A stretch of 64,000 nucleotides of DNA from Chiloscyllium plagiosum (taxonomy: Eukaryota), in the NCBI RefSeq assembly GCF_004010195.1, contig NC_057718.1, positions 27,712,005-27,776,004 on the forward strand, written 5' to 3'. A program made the translations under genes and the position numbers. The notes beneath the pieces were generated by a model, which did not search any database, had not been told where the DNA came from, and saw only the letters and a list, made by a program, of their open reading frames with translations. Below, piece after piece: positions 25,451 through 37,895 of this stretch; the first letter of the stretch is position 1; each line of letters starts with the position of its first letter.

Positions 25451-27754
25451 TGTTGTCTTTGTCTAATCATACTATGATGTTCTAAGGGCATCAACTTCTT
25501 TAGTAATAAATTCCAATATTTTCCTGTGATAGATGTCAAGTTAACTGGCCATATTTCCCTGGTTTCTTTCCTGTGTCATATTGACTGAGTTTGTCAGCTG
25601 AGGACATTCTCTACAATCTAGGAAATTTTGGCAAATCATAACCAGTGCATTCATTGTCTCTGCAGCTATCTCTTTTGAGAGAACATAGGCTATCAGATTC
25701 CTGGAGATTTGTCAACTTTTAGTCTGATAGGTTTTCTAATACATTTTATCTGTTGCCATTAATTATCTAAAATTCATCGGTTTTATTAAGTCATTGGAAT
25801 ACCTCTATTTTTGGTATATGGTTTGTTCTTTCACTGTTTATAAACACAGTATATTTGTTCAATCTCTCTGCCATGTCAGTTGTATAAACAATGCAATACT
25901 GGTCAATAAACTATGGAGTGTTAGGATGATTAATCATTTTTGATACTGACTTTCATAACAATACCAGTGCTGGGGGTGAGGTTGAGGAAATCATAACTGT
26001 GACCATAAGACTGTAAGATGTAGGAGCAGAAGTAGGCCATTCAGCCTATTGAATCTGCTCCATGATTCAAATAGATAAAAGCTGATCTGATAATCCTCAA
26101 CTTCACTTTCCTGCCTTTTCCCTATAATCCTTGATTCTCTTACTGATTAGAAATCTGTTTGATCTTAGCATTGAATATATTTAACAGTGCATTTCTCCAA
26201 ATTCAATGCTCGATGAAGTAGAAAATTTCTCTGATCTGGAACTTAAACCTGCTATGAAATGACCTGCTATATCAGCCTTAAAATAAATTGGAATAACCCC
26301 ATTGGTATTATTTTATATTCTCATGGCCTTTCTCATGTGAAAAGGATGTGAAAGAGCACTAAGGCATTTTAAGGCAGTGATCAATCTTAATTCATCAAGA
26401 CACAGAAGTCATTATAAATGAGCCAGTTGTGGTGTTACTATGGCAACATATTAGGGAAAAATGTGTACATCATGTTATGTTGCTTGGTAACCAATTATAT
26501 GTATAGCACACTGAAATAATCATACTTTTATATCTCTTGTTTGAAAGACTGATCCAATGAGACTTGACTCATTGCAACTTTCATTTATGGGAACTGAGAA
26601 TTTTTATTTCACCCTGCAAAGGATAGGGAATTTCCTGGTAATAGGTGTGCTGTTCATTATCAATGTGTACAGTCATTTAGGTATGCTGTTTGATATGCAT
26701 AACATCACTGATGTGGCAGATGGGTGTGGTTCAAAGGTCAGTGTTTTTCTGTTGCGTAGCAAGAAAATTACATGGCCCAGACTCTGATTCACTCAAACAT
26801 AACTTACCAGAATTCAAATTCTGCCTGATATTTTGTGCATTCTCCCCCAACCCTTATGGAAAACTGCAGCACATAGGATGATAGATAACTGGCTTATTTA
26901 TATATGGTGTGGGGCGGACAAACCAAAAAAATGTTTTCCTGCAAATCAATTCAAAAGGAGCTCAATTCATCTTAGGAACTTTCCAGGGCTTGGTGAAGTA
27001 CAGAACTCCATTGAGCATGGAATTATGCTGAGATAGCCAATATGAGCTGACTGGGGGAACTGTGTTGCAACTTCAGTGTTCTTGTTCCTGATAATTATCC
27101 AATGTCGTAATCTGGGGAATGTGGGTTTGTGGGTATCAGGTGAGGGTCTGTTTGGGCTGAGTTGCATTGTTTTCTTATGATAAGATAACTTGTCAAAGAA
27201 AATTGCTTCAGTTTACATGTCGAAAACAGTGTTTGTGTTGGAGGGAAAAATGTCAGATGAGGGAATAATTCATTGTAAACTCACTGTCTCTGTTAGTTCA
27301 AGATGAAATTTTCATTAAAAAATAAAGAAAATTTTCATACGTCAGATCCCAGACTTGGCTAAGGCAATACTCTTTGGTTAAGTGCATGATTTCAGTAAGA
27401 GATAAAATGGCAGAGATAGGTACTTTGCTACTGCTACATGCTTCCTAGTAATTGCTGTAGAAGAACTAGTGACCTACGAATATCATGACTTTTAAAAAGG
27501 TGTAGTATGAATGATAACTCTATACTATGCTTTAAAGGTTTTCACGAGAGATAATGGGATAGGTGAAAAGGAATGCTGACAATGTGGTGATTGCTAATTG
27601 TAGTTGTATTTCATTAACATTTCCAGTCTTGACATGTTACTTAAGGGATCCTTCGATATTCTTGACTATTTAAGGTCCAACATTTTGTTTTGAGTTTTTT
27701 TTTCTTTTTCCATTTCTCTCTCTTCTTGCTCTAACAACACTAATTTAATGAAAC

Positions 27755-29880
27755 CATAGATATAGAAGCAAAATTAACTCATTTGGTGTATTGAGTGTGT
27801 TCTGCCATTCTATCATGGCTGGTATGTTTATCAAACGCATGCTCCTGCCTTCTCTTGATTTCCTTATCAATCAAGAACCTATCTCTCGCAGTCTAAAATA
27901 CATTCAATGAAGCCCTTCATCCCTGGGGCGATTCTTGTAAACTACCTCTGGAACCCCTCCAATGTTTGCACATCCTTCCTTTGATATGGGGCCTAAAACT
28001 GCTCATAATATTCCATATGCAGTCTGACTGGAGCCTTGTACACCCTTAGCAGAATGTCCCTGCATTTGTATTCTCATCCTCTTGAAATGAGAGCTAACAT
28101 TGGATTTGCTTTCCTAACCACCAACTGAACCTGAATGTTACCAAAAGAATCCTGAACTGGAAGCAGGGTGAACCCCAATCTTGGAATTCTGCTGTATGGA
28201 CCCCGAGGATATGCAACAATCATGTTGGTGAAGGCTGCAATCTCCAGTTGCTGGTATTATTTCCTGTCGATCAGTGGGGCAGATTTCTTCTCACCATTTG
28301 TAAGTGATTCTGGCAAGACTTGGGTGACGTTTTTCAGCAAGCTCGAGCTGCAGCTCCATCCATCCTGTTCCTTGATGAAAATGATTCCATCCTTGGATCA
28401 TGTTCACATGATGGAGCAAATGGCTGTTCTGTTAGAGTGTCCTCTTCATTCTTTGTACTTCAGATTTCTGAAGCCTTTCCCCATGAAAACGTAGTCTGCA
28501 CCTCTCTTCCTACGAAGGTGCATTGCCTCTCACTTTCTTACATTATATTCTACCTGCCATATCTTTGCCCCCTCTCTTACTGTGTCCAAATCTTTCTGCA
28601 GCCTCCCTGCTTCCTCAACACTATTGTCCCTCCACTTATCTTTGTCATCTGCAAACCTAGCAACAATGCCCTCAGTTCTATTTGTCTGGATTATTAATAT
28701 ATAATGTGAAAGTTGTGGTCCCAATGTGGACCTTTGCAAACCTCCACTAGTCACTGGCTACCATCCTGAAAAAGATGTCTTCATCCCTACCCTTTGCCTT
28801 CTGCCAGACAGCTAATCCTTTATCCATTGCTGGTACCTTGCCCTTAACATTATGGGTCCTTATTTAGCAGCTTCCTGTGTGGCACCTTGTCAAAGGCTTT
28901 CTGCAAATTCAAATAGTTCATGGTCACTGGCTCCCCCTTGTCTAACTTGCTTGTTACCTTCTCAAAGAATCTTAAAAGGTTTATCAGGCATGACCTCCCC
29001 TTATTGAAATTGTGCTCAGTGCTATTTTACCTGCACGTTCAAGTGTTCTGCAATCTCTTTCTTAATAATGGACTCTTGAAATTTTACAACCAAGGTCAGG
29101 CTAAGTAGCCTATACTTTCCTGACCTCTGCCTCCTTCCCTTAAATAGGGGTGTTATGTTAACCATTTTCAGTTCTCTGGGATCAGTGATTCCTGAAAGAT
29201 CACCAATAATGCTTCTACAATCTTCTCAGCTATCTTCTTCAAAACTCTTGGGTGTAGTCATCTGGTCTAGGTGATTTATCCTTCGGTCCTTTCAGCTTCC
29301 TCAGTGCCTTCTTCTTGATGGCCACTAAACCCACCTCAGCCCCCTGACTCTTGAAGTTTGGGTAATCTGGTGAATTCCACTGTGAAAACTGATGCAGAGT
29401 ACCTATTCAGTTCCTCTGCCATTTCTTCGTTCTCCATTACTACTTTTGCAGCCTCATTTTCCAGTGGTCCAATGTCCACTCAGGCCTCTTTTTTTGAAGA
29501 GATACCTTTCTGATATCTTTTTAAAAAACTCATACAATCTTCTTTTATTTTATTAGCTAGCTTAATCTCAAATTTCATCTTCTACCCCTTATTGCTTTTT
29601 AGTTATCCTCTGCTAGTTTTTAAAGGCTTTCTGATCCTCTGGCTTCCTGCTAATCTTTACCACGTTATGTGCCTTTTCTTTTGCTTTTATGCTGTCCTTG
29701 ATTTCCCCTGTCGACATAGTTACCTCATCCTCTCTTAGTAGGTTTCTTCCTCCTTAGGATGAATTTTGCTGTGCTTCCCTAATTATGCCCAGAAACTCAT
29801 GTCATTGTTGCTCCATTATCATCCCTATTGGGTCCCCTTCTGATCAACTCTTGCCAGCTCCTCGTGCTGAGTTTGTAGCT
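27755..29880 (-). mobile_element. CR1 LINE (RT to 3' end) interrupted by the AFG2B fragment
   Basis: ORF 28530 has ARFADDK...RLQKDLD...WQVEYNV. CR1 tail at ~27760. Confidence 0.85.
28161..28453 (+). pseudogene. AFG2B: Frameshifted fragment of the AFG2B/SPATA5L1 second AAA-ATPase domain, inserted inside a CR1 LINE
   Basis: ORFs 28168 and 28320 give GILLYGPRGYAT..SISGADFFSPFVSDSGKT and VFQQARAAAPSILFLDENDSILG. These are a degenerate Walker A and a Walker B. SVSGADLFSPFVGDSE is the SPATA5L1 signature as I recall it. Confidence 0.8.
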
Positions 29881-30519
29881 CCCTCCTCGGGTGAATGGAG
29901 GACAAGTGCCTGGTTGCTGGCCTTGGCTAACTTCGCTCAGCCTGAACAGGAACTGAACGAGTGACATTCTATGTATGCTAGATATCACTGGAATATTGTG
30001 TCCCCATTCTGGGTACTATACTTTAGCAAGGATACGAAAACTTGACAGAAGGTGACCAAAAGATTTACTAGATTTGTTTTTAATTTGCTTATGGGATGTA
30101 GGCATCACTGGCTAGGCCATGAGCCAATTATTGCCAATCCCTAATTCCCCTTGAGAAAGTGGTGAGCTACCGTTTCAAAATCTGCAGTCCTTGGGTGTTG
30201 GTGCACCCACACTGCTGTTAGGAAGAGTGTTCGAGGAATTTGACTCAGCGATAAGTTAAGATGTGGTGATAAAGTTCCAAATCAGAATACTCTGTGCTTG
30301 TTAACTGCCAGAGAGCAAAGGTTGTTTAGTCAAGAGCCTAGGCATGTACTTCTCTCATCAGAGATTTATTTTGCATCACTTACACATCTTAAAATTTCAA
30401 CTGCACTGATTACATATTCCCTAAATATACCCAGTCAAGTACTTGCTCCGTTATCCCTTAATTAACATATTCCCTAGTTCCATTTGGTCTCAGGCATCCC
30501 TACAGAGCCTACTCGATCA

Positions 30520-31925
30520 TCACGTGGTTTGGAGGGCAACGTGGAAGTTGTAATGTTGCATTTGCTGCTGTTCTACTTCTAGGTGGTTGAAGTCATGGAT
30601 TTGGAAGGTACTATTGAAAGAACCTTGATGACTTACTGCAGAGCATCTGATGGATGGTAGATATTGCTGTCACTGGTACTGAATGTTAAATGTGGTGGAT
30701 TAGGTGCCAGTCAATCGGGTTGTTGAATGATAAATTTCTTGTGTTGTTGAAGCTGCACTTATTCAAGCAGGTCAAGAGTATTCTATCACACTCCTGATGG
30801 TGCCTTGTAGATGGTTGAACAAGCACAGGGGAGATAGGAGGTGAGTTACTTGTGTTATGAAGTTGAAGGTGTGTGCTGTACCTTTTTAAGAGAGAGTGAA
30901 TGCTGTTCTGCACTGATAGCTTAAAGAGCAGTCTCAGCGTCCTGGGAAATTGAAAATATATAACATTTGGCTGTGAAATAAATACCTGAGTTGGTTGCTG
31001 TTTTGACAACAATTTGAATTCAACCAATCAGTTTAAATTATGCCCCAGGATATTAAACTGAATCAAGTTTGAATTTGTTGTTTTGCCAACATTGAACCAA
31101 AGAGATGATCCAATGTTGGGGATATTAATAAAGGCAGGTATTTTGAAAATCAGTCAGAGCAACTGCCATAGAGAGACGCAAGATATTAAAACACTCTATC
31201 AAAGGTACCTTTTCATGAAACATATTTGCAGTAAAAAGAAAGACGACGACCCAGGAAGATCTTCAGCTGGAAGAAGACAGTTACCAAAGATGACAGCAAC
31301 TGTATGGTTTTGAAATTAAGTTGATATAATTTGAACGTGTTTTATTGGAACAGTATATTGTTAGAGTTGGAGGCAGGTAATAAGCAGTTAAGAGAAAGAG
31401 GGGCTTCGAGTTGTGAATAGTTATTGTTTGATGTTCACTTTTAGAGTTAAAGAATAAATTGATATTGTCTTTAAATAGTGGAATTTGGGGAGTTCTGTGT
31501 CACTCATTTTAACATTACGAGGCGAGGTGAGCTTTTCTGGGTGTTTAGTTTAACAGAGGGGTTCACCACCATGTTGTAAAACTTGCTGCAAAATTCGAAG
31601 CCTCTGACTAGCTCTTTTCGCAAAATACATATTTAGCTAGTCCCATTTAGTTTTTGGCCAGTTGTAACGCAGTATTGATCATGGGTCTTCGGTGAAAGGA
31701 ATGTAACGAACATCAAAGGGTGATGATTAGATACTTTGTTGTTTGCAATTGCTAGTACCTTGTAAGTCATGAATGTTACTTGCCATTTATTAGCCCATGT
31801 CTGGCTGTGGTACAGATTCTGCTTAATATAGACTAGGGCTACTTCAGAATCTGAGGAATTGTGAATGGTGCTGAACATTGTGTAATCATCAGTGAACATC
31901 TTCACTTATGTTTTAAGATGGAGGA
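30520..31925 (-). mobile_element. L2/CR1-group LINE fragment split by a solo LTR
   Basis: ORF 31633 has MFTDDYTMFSTI...WANKWQVTF. Host sequence ggtgagttacttg|ctgcaaaattc is continuous across the LTR. Confidence 0.7.
30853..31581 (+). mobile_element. Solo LTR (~730 bp)
   Basis: Starts TGTTAT and ends TGTAAAA (likely a mutated TAACA). Flanked by TSD cttg at 30849-30852 and 31582-31585. Has internal CCAAT and AATAAA (~31453). Confidence 0.75.
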
Positions 31926-33199
31926 AAGGCTGAATAGCCTTCTTTTGTATTGTAGTTACAAACAGCGTTTACATTGGAAGGCAAATGTGAAAACAGATTA
32001 TTGACCCCAAGCATGATTTTGAGAGTCAGACCTGCTTAAAAAAAAATGCTGGAGCCTAGAACAGTGACCACGAAACAAAAGAACAATTAGAGCTACCTTT
32101 ACTTACAAGGTCAGATCATCTAACTTCTCGTGCAAGCTTAATGACTGACATAAACTAATCCCTCTGGCTCAATCTGTAATTTACAATATCTGAATTATCG
32201 TACTATGAGAGAATCAATTTTATCTTTAAGTTAGTCCATTGCCAACTTGGCAGCTTTCTTTTTAAATTCACATTTGTATTTTCTTAGCTGTTTGAGGCCT
32301 CCCAACTGGCTTTTTCTTCCCACAGTACGGAACCATATTAGCCAAATTCGACATCGTACAGTGTAACTGCAGATCAGACTCATTATCCTTCTATATAATT
32401 TTGATCTATACCAGCCCCAGCTTTCTGTGTACCTTTTAGTCATGATGATGACCTACTTATTGGTCCTCTTTTGTTCTTTCTTCAGTTATGTAGTCACAGT
32501 TCTCTACACTGAACCCCCTTCCTTACCATGTCATTCTGCCATAACGTTTCTCTGCATTCATTGGCATCTTTTATTCCTTTCTCTTCTCTCAGAAAACTCC
32601 CATTCTCCTTTCTTAGTGTTCTGTCATTACTCTCTAAGCATTTTACAGGACAATGGTGTTTCTCATTCCATGATAACTATTGTATAAATATCACAAGTAT
32701 AGTTAAATACTGTTGAGATTACAACCCCTTACGTTGGTACGGTCTGTCACAGGTAAGTTCAAACTAATAGAGGACTTAAAGCTGTGTGGGGAAGCTGCAC
32801 ATCTTCTGAAATTTTTGCTTCCATTTGTCAGCTGAAAAACTAATATATTTGTGTTAGACACTGCAGCAAATAAGTGAATTGCAGATATCCAGCTATGGTC
32901 AACCTCGTATAATAGGAGCAGAGGGTTCTTTTGTAAAACTACCCTTGTTGGTTGTGGTTCAGTATACAGTGATCACAAACCCAGCACATCTTTTGGTAGT
33001 CCTTATTTGGATTAACATAATGGGATTATTCAGCTGATAATGGTCAGGAGCAATAAACAAAGTAAAAGCGTGTTTCATAAAAAAATGTTCTCAATTGTTT
33101 TCTAATTATTACATTTCTGATCTTCCCATTGATACATTGTGTACCAAAATTAGAGCTCCAGGAAAGAAGTTGAGACAAATACACAACCAATTGAAAGAA

Positions 33200-34130
33200 C
33201 TTTGGGCATTGTTGCTAAATTTACCGATAACACAAAGATCGGGTGGAGGGACAGGTCATGATGAGGAAGTGGGAAGGCTACAGAAGGACTTGGACACACT
33301 CGGAGAGTGAGCAAAGAAGTGGCAGATGGAATACAATGTGGGAAAGTATGAGGTTATGCACTTTGGTAGGAAGAATACAAGCATAGACTATTTTCCAAGC
33401 AGGAAAAGGCTCCTGAAATCTGAAACCACAAAGAGACTTGGCAGTCCTAGTTCAGGATTTTCTTAATAGATCGGTTTGGTTGGCAATTAGGAAGGCAAAT
33501 GCAATGTTGGCATTCATTTCAAAATGGCTGGAATACAAGAGCAAAGATGTACTGCTGATGCTGTGTAGGTTCTGGTCAGACAGCATTTAGAATATTGTGA
33601 GCAGTTTTGAGCCCCAAATCTAAGCAAGAACTTGCTGGTGTTGGAGGGCGTCTAGAAGAGGGGGTTAGTACAATTGATACAAAGGATGAAGGTCTTGTCA
33701 TTATGAGGAGCAGTTGAGGTCTCTGGTTCTTTACTTGATGGAGTTTGGAAGGATGACAGGGAATCTGATTGAATCTTGGGGAATACTGAGAGACCTGGAT
33801 AGAGTAGATAAGATGTTTCCACTGGTTTGAGAGAGGAGGACCTAAGGGCATAAGCTTAGAGTTAAGGGACGGCCCTTTCAGAACTGAGATGAGGAGGAAC
33901 TTCTTCAGCCAGAGGGTGGTTAATCTGTGGTACTCATTTCCGTCGAGGGATATGGAGGCCAAGTCATTAAATATGTTTAAGATGGAGGCAGGTCTTGATT
34001 GGTGAGGGGACAAAGTGTTACTGGGGGGAAGGCAGGAGGGTGGGGTTGAGAAATATCAGCCATGATCAAATGGTGGAGCAGACCTGATGGGCTGAATGGC
34101 TTAATTCTGTTCCTTTTGTCTTATGATCTT
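33200..34130 (+). mobile_element. CR1 LINE 3' fragment
   Basis: RLQKDLD, WQMEYNVGK remnants and a CR1 tail. Confidence 0.85.
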
Positions 34131-34960
34131 ATTTGGTATCTGCTTTTTTCCTTTCACCCTTCCCCTCTCCATCCTACAGCGCTGACTATACTGCTGACAC
34201 TTCTGCAATGACCATTCTTAATGTTTGAATACAAGGTAGCAAAGAAAGGCTAAGACTTGTGGAATTTTACCACACCATATCTGAACATCTTTAGTCTGAA
34301 GAAGGTTGAGGAATCAGTATTACGTACATAAGGTCCCCCAGAACTTTTACGTAGGGATGCATCTTGGAGTGATTTACAGAGTCTTCAGAGTCTGAGTTTT
34401 TAGGTGTGAAACAAGTAATTTCAACTCTCGGAAACTCCTAGATACATTTCTAACAGCACCGCAAATGGATTGAAGGCAGATGTCTGCTGCTTTTCTCAGC
34501 AATTGATTTGTGATTTATAAAATTGCAGAAAATGTTGAAAATCACAAAGGATAATTGCGAGGTGAAAACTTCAGTTTAACCAATCTTAATTTGGTGAAGA
34601 TGAAGCAGACATGCTGTCATGATAATCTGATTAATATGTTCTGATTCTACATATTTGGTTTGGTTCTGGATTTCTGATGATCCTAGTTGATTTTAACTGA
34701 GAAAGCAATTTGGATGCTACAACTATCTTTGGCATTCATGTACCAAGGAAAGGAAATCCGCCTTTAAGGATATCCAATAAGCAAAAAATAAGGTTGAGTT
34801 GTGATCTCCCCAGCATCAAACAGCTTGTCTGCATTCACTGTCTGGTCTCATACTTTTAAGTGTGGCCATGTGGGCAGTAATACTTGTGAGATTGTACTGG
34901 GGCAAGTGCGAAAGCCTGTTTGTTTTTATAAAAGTACTCTTCCATTGATGTTTCTTTCAG

Positions 34961-35025
34961 TGCATCCCCACCTCCTCATCACCTCACAACAATGTCACCA
35001 CAGCTCCAAAGCTGCCATCAGAAAG
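34961..35025 (+). CDS. FOXN2: FOXN2 internal coding exon (65 bp), ASPPPHHLTTMSPQLQSCHQK
   Basis: Acceptor tttctttcag| and donor aaag|gtgagt. The phase joins in frame to the next exon (G|GT = Gly). It sits directly before the DIDAA..MMLLN exon, as in vertebrate FOXN2. Confidence 0.8.
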
Positions 35026-35134
35026 GTGAGTTTACTTTTTCTTTTCAGAAGCTAGCATACTTGATAAACTGAGTACAAGTGGAAGTAAAGAACAAATAAA
35101 GGCATTTAGTGAGAATTGCCTCTTGACTGCCTTG

Positions 35135-35592
35135 GGGAGGTGATAGTGCAGTGGCATTGTCGCTGGCCTAGTAAATCAGAGAGCCAGATAATGTCTGGGG
35201 GTCACCACGACAAATCTAATTTTAATAAAACGCTGGAATTAAAATCTAAAGTCTAATGAAGACTACAAACTAACCATCAATTGCCATAAAAACTCATCTG
35301 GTTCACTAATATTCTTTAAGGAAAGACCTTAAGGAACAACCACCTGATGAAGGAGCAGTGCTCTGAAAGCTAGTGCTTCCAATTAAACCTGTTGGACTAT
35401 AACTTGGTGTTGTGTGATTTTTAACTTAAGGAATGAAAATTGCCATCCTTATCTGGTCTGACCAACATGTGACTCCAGATCCACAACAATGTGGTTTATG
35501 CTAAACTGACCTCTGAAACAGCTTAGCAATCCACTGCATTCAAAGAAAACTGAATGGACAACAAATGTGCATATCCTATGAATGAAAAAAAA
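35135..35592 (+). mobile_element. Degenerate SINE, probably Deu-domain type, interrupted by a PLE piece
   Basis: Contains catctggttcactaat...gccatccttatctggtctg...tgtgactccagatccac. A related copy lies at ~53226-53470. Confidence 0.55.
35341..35375 (+). ncRNA. Minimal hammerhead ribozyme motif (PLE family C, insert ~35337-35427)
   Basis: cac-CTGATGA-a-GGAGC agt GCTCT-GAAA-GCTA-gtg. Stem I is cac/gtg, stem III is palindromic AGCT, cleavage triplet CUA. Confidence 0.7.
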
Positions 35593-36264
35593 GTAATTCT
35601 TTGTAATATAAAATGGCTGATAATTTTTACTTTTAAAAATGAATGAAAATGTCCTAATATTTACTCCCATGTACTTTAAGCCTTACAGACATGTGACAAA
35701 ATGCCATTTCACTGAATCAACTCTCCAAAGAGAAATAGAGGGGAAAAGTTATATATTTCCGTTTCTCTTACCAACTTTTTCTCTTTTTCTTGAAGAACTA
35801 GAGGTTACAGTTTAAAAATAGGGGGTCACCTGTTTAAAACAGATGAGGTGAATTTCTCTCTCTTGGCCGATCATGAATCTTTGGAGATCTTTTCCTCAAA
35901 AATCGGCGAAAGCAGAGATTTTGAATATTTTTAAGGCAGAGGTGGATATAAACTTGGTAAGCAAGGGGATGAAAGATTATCAGGTATAGACAGAAATGTG
36001 GATTTGAAGTTCTAATCAGATTAACTATGATCTAATTAAATGACAGAGCAGACTCAAGGGCTGAATGTTCTACCGCTTCTCGTCTGTGTAACACCTGACT
36101 CCTTATGAAATACAACTCTGAGCTGCCAGTACCATATTGAGTTTTGGTACTGGGCATTGAATGGTTACTTAAGTGCAATATGCAATATTCCACACAGTGC
36201 AATTCCAGCAGAGGTTGGGGAAATTGAAAGTACAGTTTAAATCTTTTGTAATGATTATTTTCAA

Positions 36265-37895
36265 TGGTGGAAACAGAGCAAAAGATAAGGCTGAAGCATA
36301 TGCAGCAATCTTTAGCTAGAAGTGCTGAGCCTCATCCAGTGATTCCCAGCATTACAGGCAACAGTCTTCAGCCAATTCAATTCACTCCACATGACACCAA
36401 GAAAATGTTGGAGACACTGGATACTGCACAAGCTAAGGGCCCTGACAAAATTCTGGCAATAGTATTGTGCTCCAGAACTTGTTGCTGCTTTAACCAAGCT
36501 CTTTCAGTACAATTACAATTCTGGCATCTATCCAACAATGTGGAAAATTGCTTAGGTATAGCCTCTGCATAAAAAGCAGGACAAATCCAACCCAGCCAAT
36601 TACTGCCTCATCAGTCTACTCTCAATCATCAGTAAAGTGACGGGAGGTGTCATCAACAGTGCTGTCAAGCAGCACCTCAGTGATGCCCAGTTTGGGTTCC
36701 ACCAAGACCACCTAGCTCCTCGCCTCATTACTGCCTTGGTTCAAACATGGACAAAAGAGCTGAATTAGAGGTGAGATGGGTGTGACAACTCTTGACATCA
36801 CTGTGGCATCGAGAAGCCCAAGAAAAACAAGAACCATTGGGTATCGGGGTCAAACTCCCCAGTGGCTGGAGTCATACCTGGCAAGTAAGAAGATGGTCGT
36901 AGTTGTTGGAGTCATCCTAGCTCCTAGCTCCTGTGTCAGTCATCCTAGCTCCAGAACACCCCTGCAGGATTTCCTCAGGGTAGTGTCCTTGGCCCAACCA
37001 TCTTCAGTTGCTTCTTCAATGACCTTCCCTCCATCATAAGGTCAGAAGTGGGGATATTCACTGTGCAATGTTCAGCACAATTTGTGACTCCTCAGATACT
37101 GAAGCAGTCCCAAGTTCACATGCAACAAGATCTGGACAATATCCAAGCTAGGGCTGATAACTGGCAAGTAACATTTGCACCATACAAATTCCAGGGTGTA
37201 ACCAACAATAAGAGACATTCTAACTACTGCCCCATGACATTCAGTTATGTTACCATCACTGAATCCCCCACTATCAACATCCTGAAGGTTATCATTGACC
37301 AGAAGTTCAACTGAACTTGCCACATAAACACAGTGGCTGTAACAGCAGGTCAGAGGCTAGAAATACTTCGGTGAGTAACTCACCCCCTGACTCCCCAAAG
37401 CCTGTCCACCCTCTACAAGGCTCAAGTCAGGAGTGTGATGGAACACTCCGCACTTGGCTGGATGAGTTCAGCTCCAACACCACGCAAGAAGCTTGACACT
37501 ATCTAAGACAAAGCAGCATGCTTGACTGGCGCTAAATCCACAAGCATCCACTCCCATTGACGCTCAGTAGCAGCAGTGTGTACTAGCTATAAGATGCACT
37601 GCAGAAATTCACCAAAGATCCTGATACAGCACCTTTCAAACCCAGATCTACTTCCACCTCGAAGGACAAGGGCAGCATATATATGGGAAGACCACGCTGA
37701 CTTATATATCATTTTTCCTCCTTTGTTGTTGGGACAAGATCCTGGAATTCCTCCCGAATGGTATTGTGGGTCAATCCACAGCAGATGGACTGCAGCGGTT
37801 CAAGAAAGCAGCTCTGCACCACCTTCTCAAGGGCAACTAGGGACAGGCAATAAATGCTGGCCAGCCAGCGATGCCCACATCCCCAAATGAATATG
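36265..37895 (+). mobile_element. L2/CR1-group LINE, RT to 3' end
   Basis: QDKSNPANY..ISLLSIISK and QQDLDNIQA..WQVTFAP. Tail ccttctcaagggcaactagggacaggcaataaatgctggcc. Confidence 0.85.

Noticed and set aside
28168..28697. Functional AAA-ATPase gene
   Set aside because: Broken Walker A, a frameshift, no splice sites, and embedded in a LINE. Kept as a pseudogene fragment.
1..34960. FOXN2 forkhead-domain exon (GKGSLWCVDPEY-type)
   Set aside because: No matching sequence found by eye. The ggaaaaggtcc at ~8961 lies in an RTE remnant. The exon is presumably upstream or in the 20337-20836 gap.
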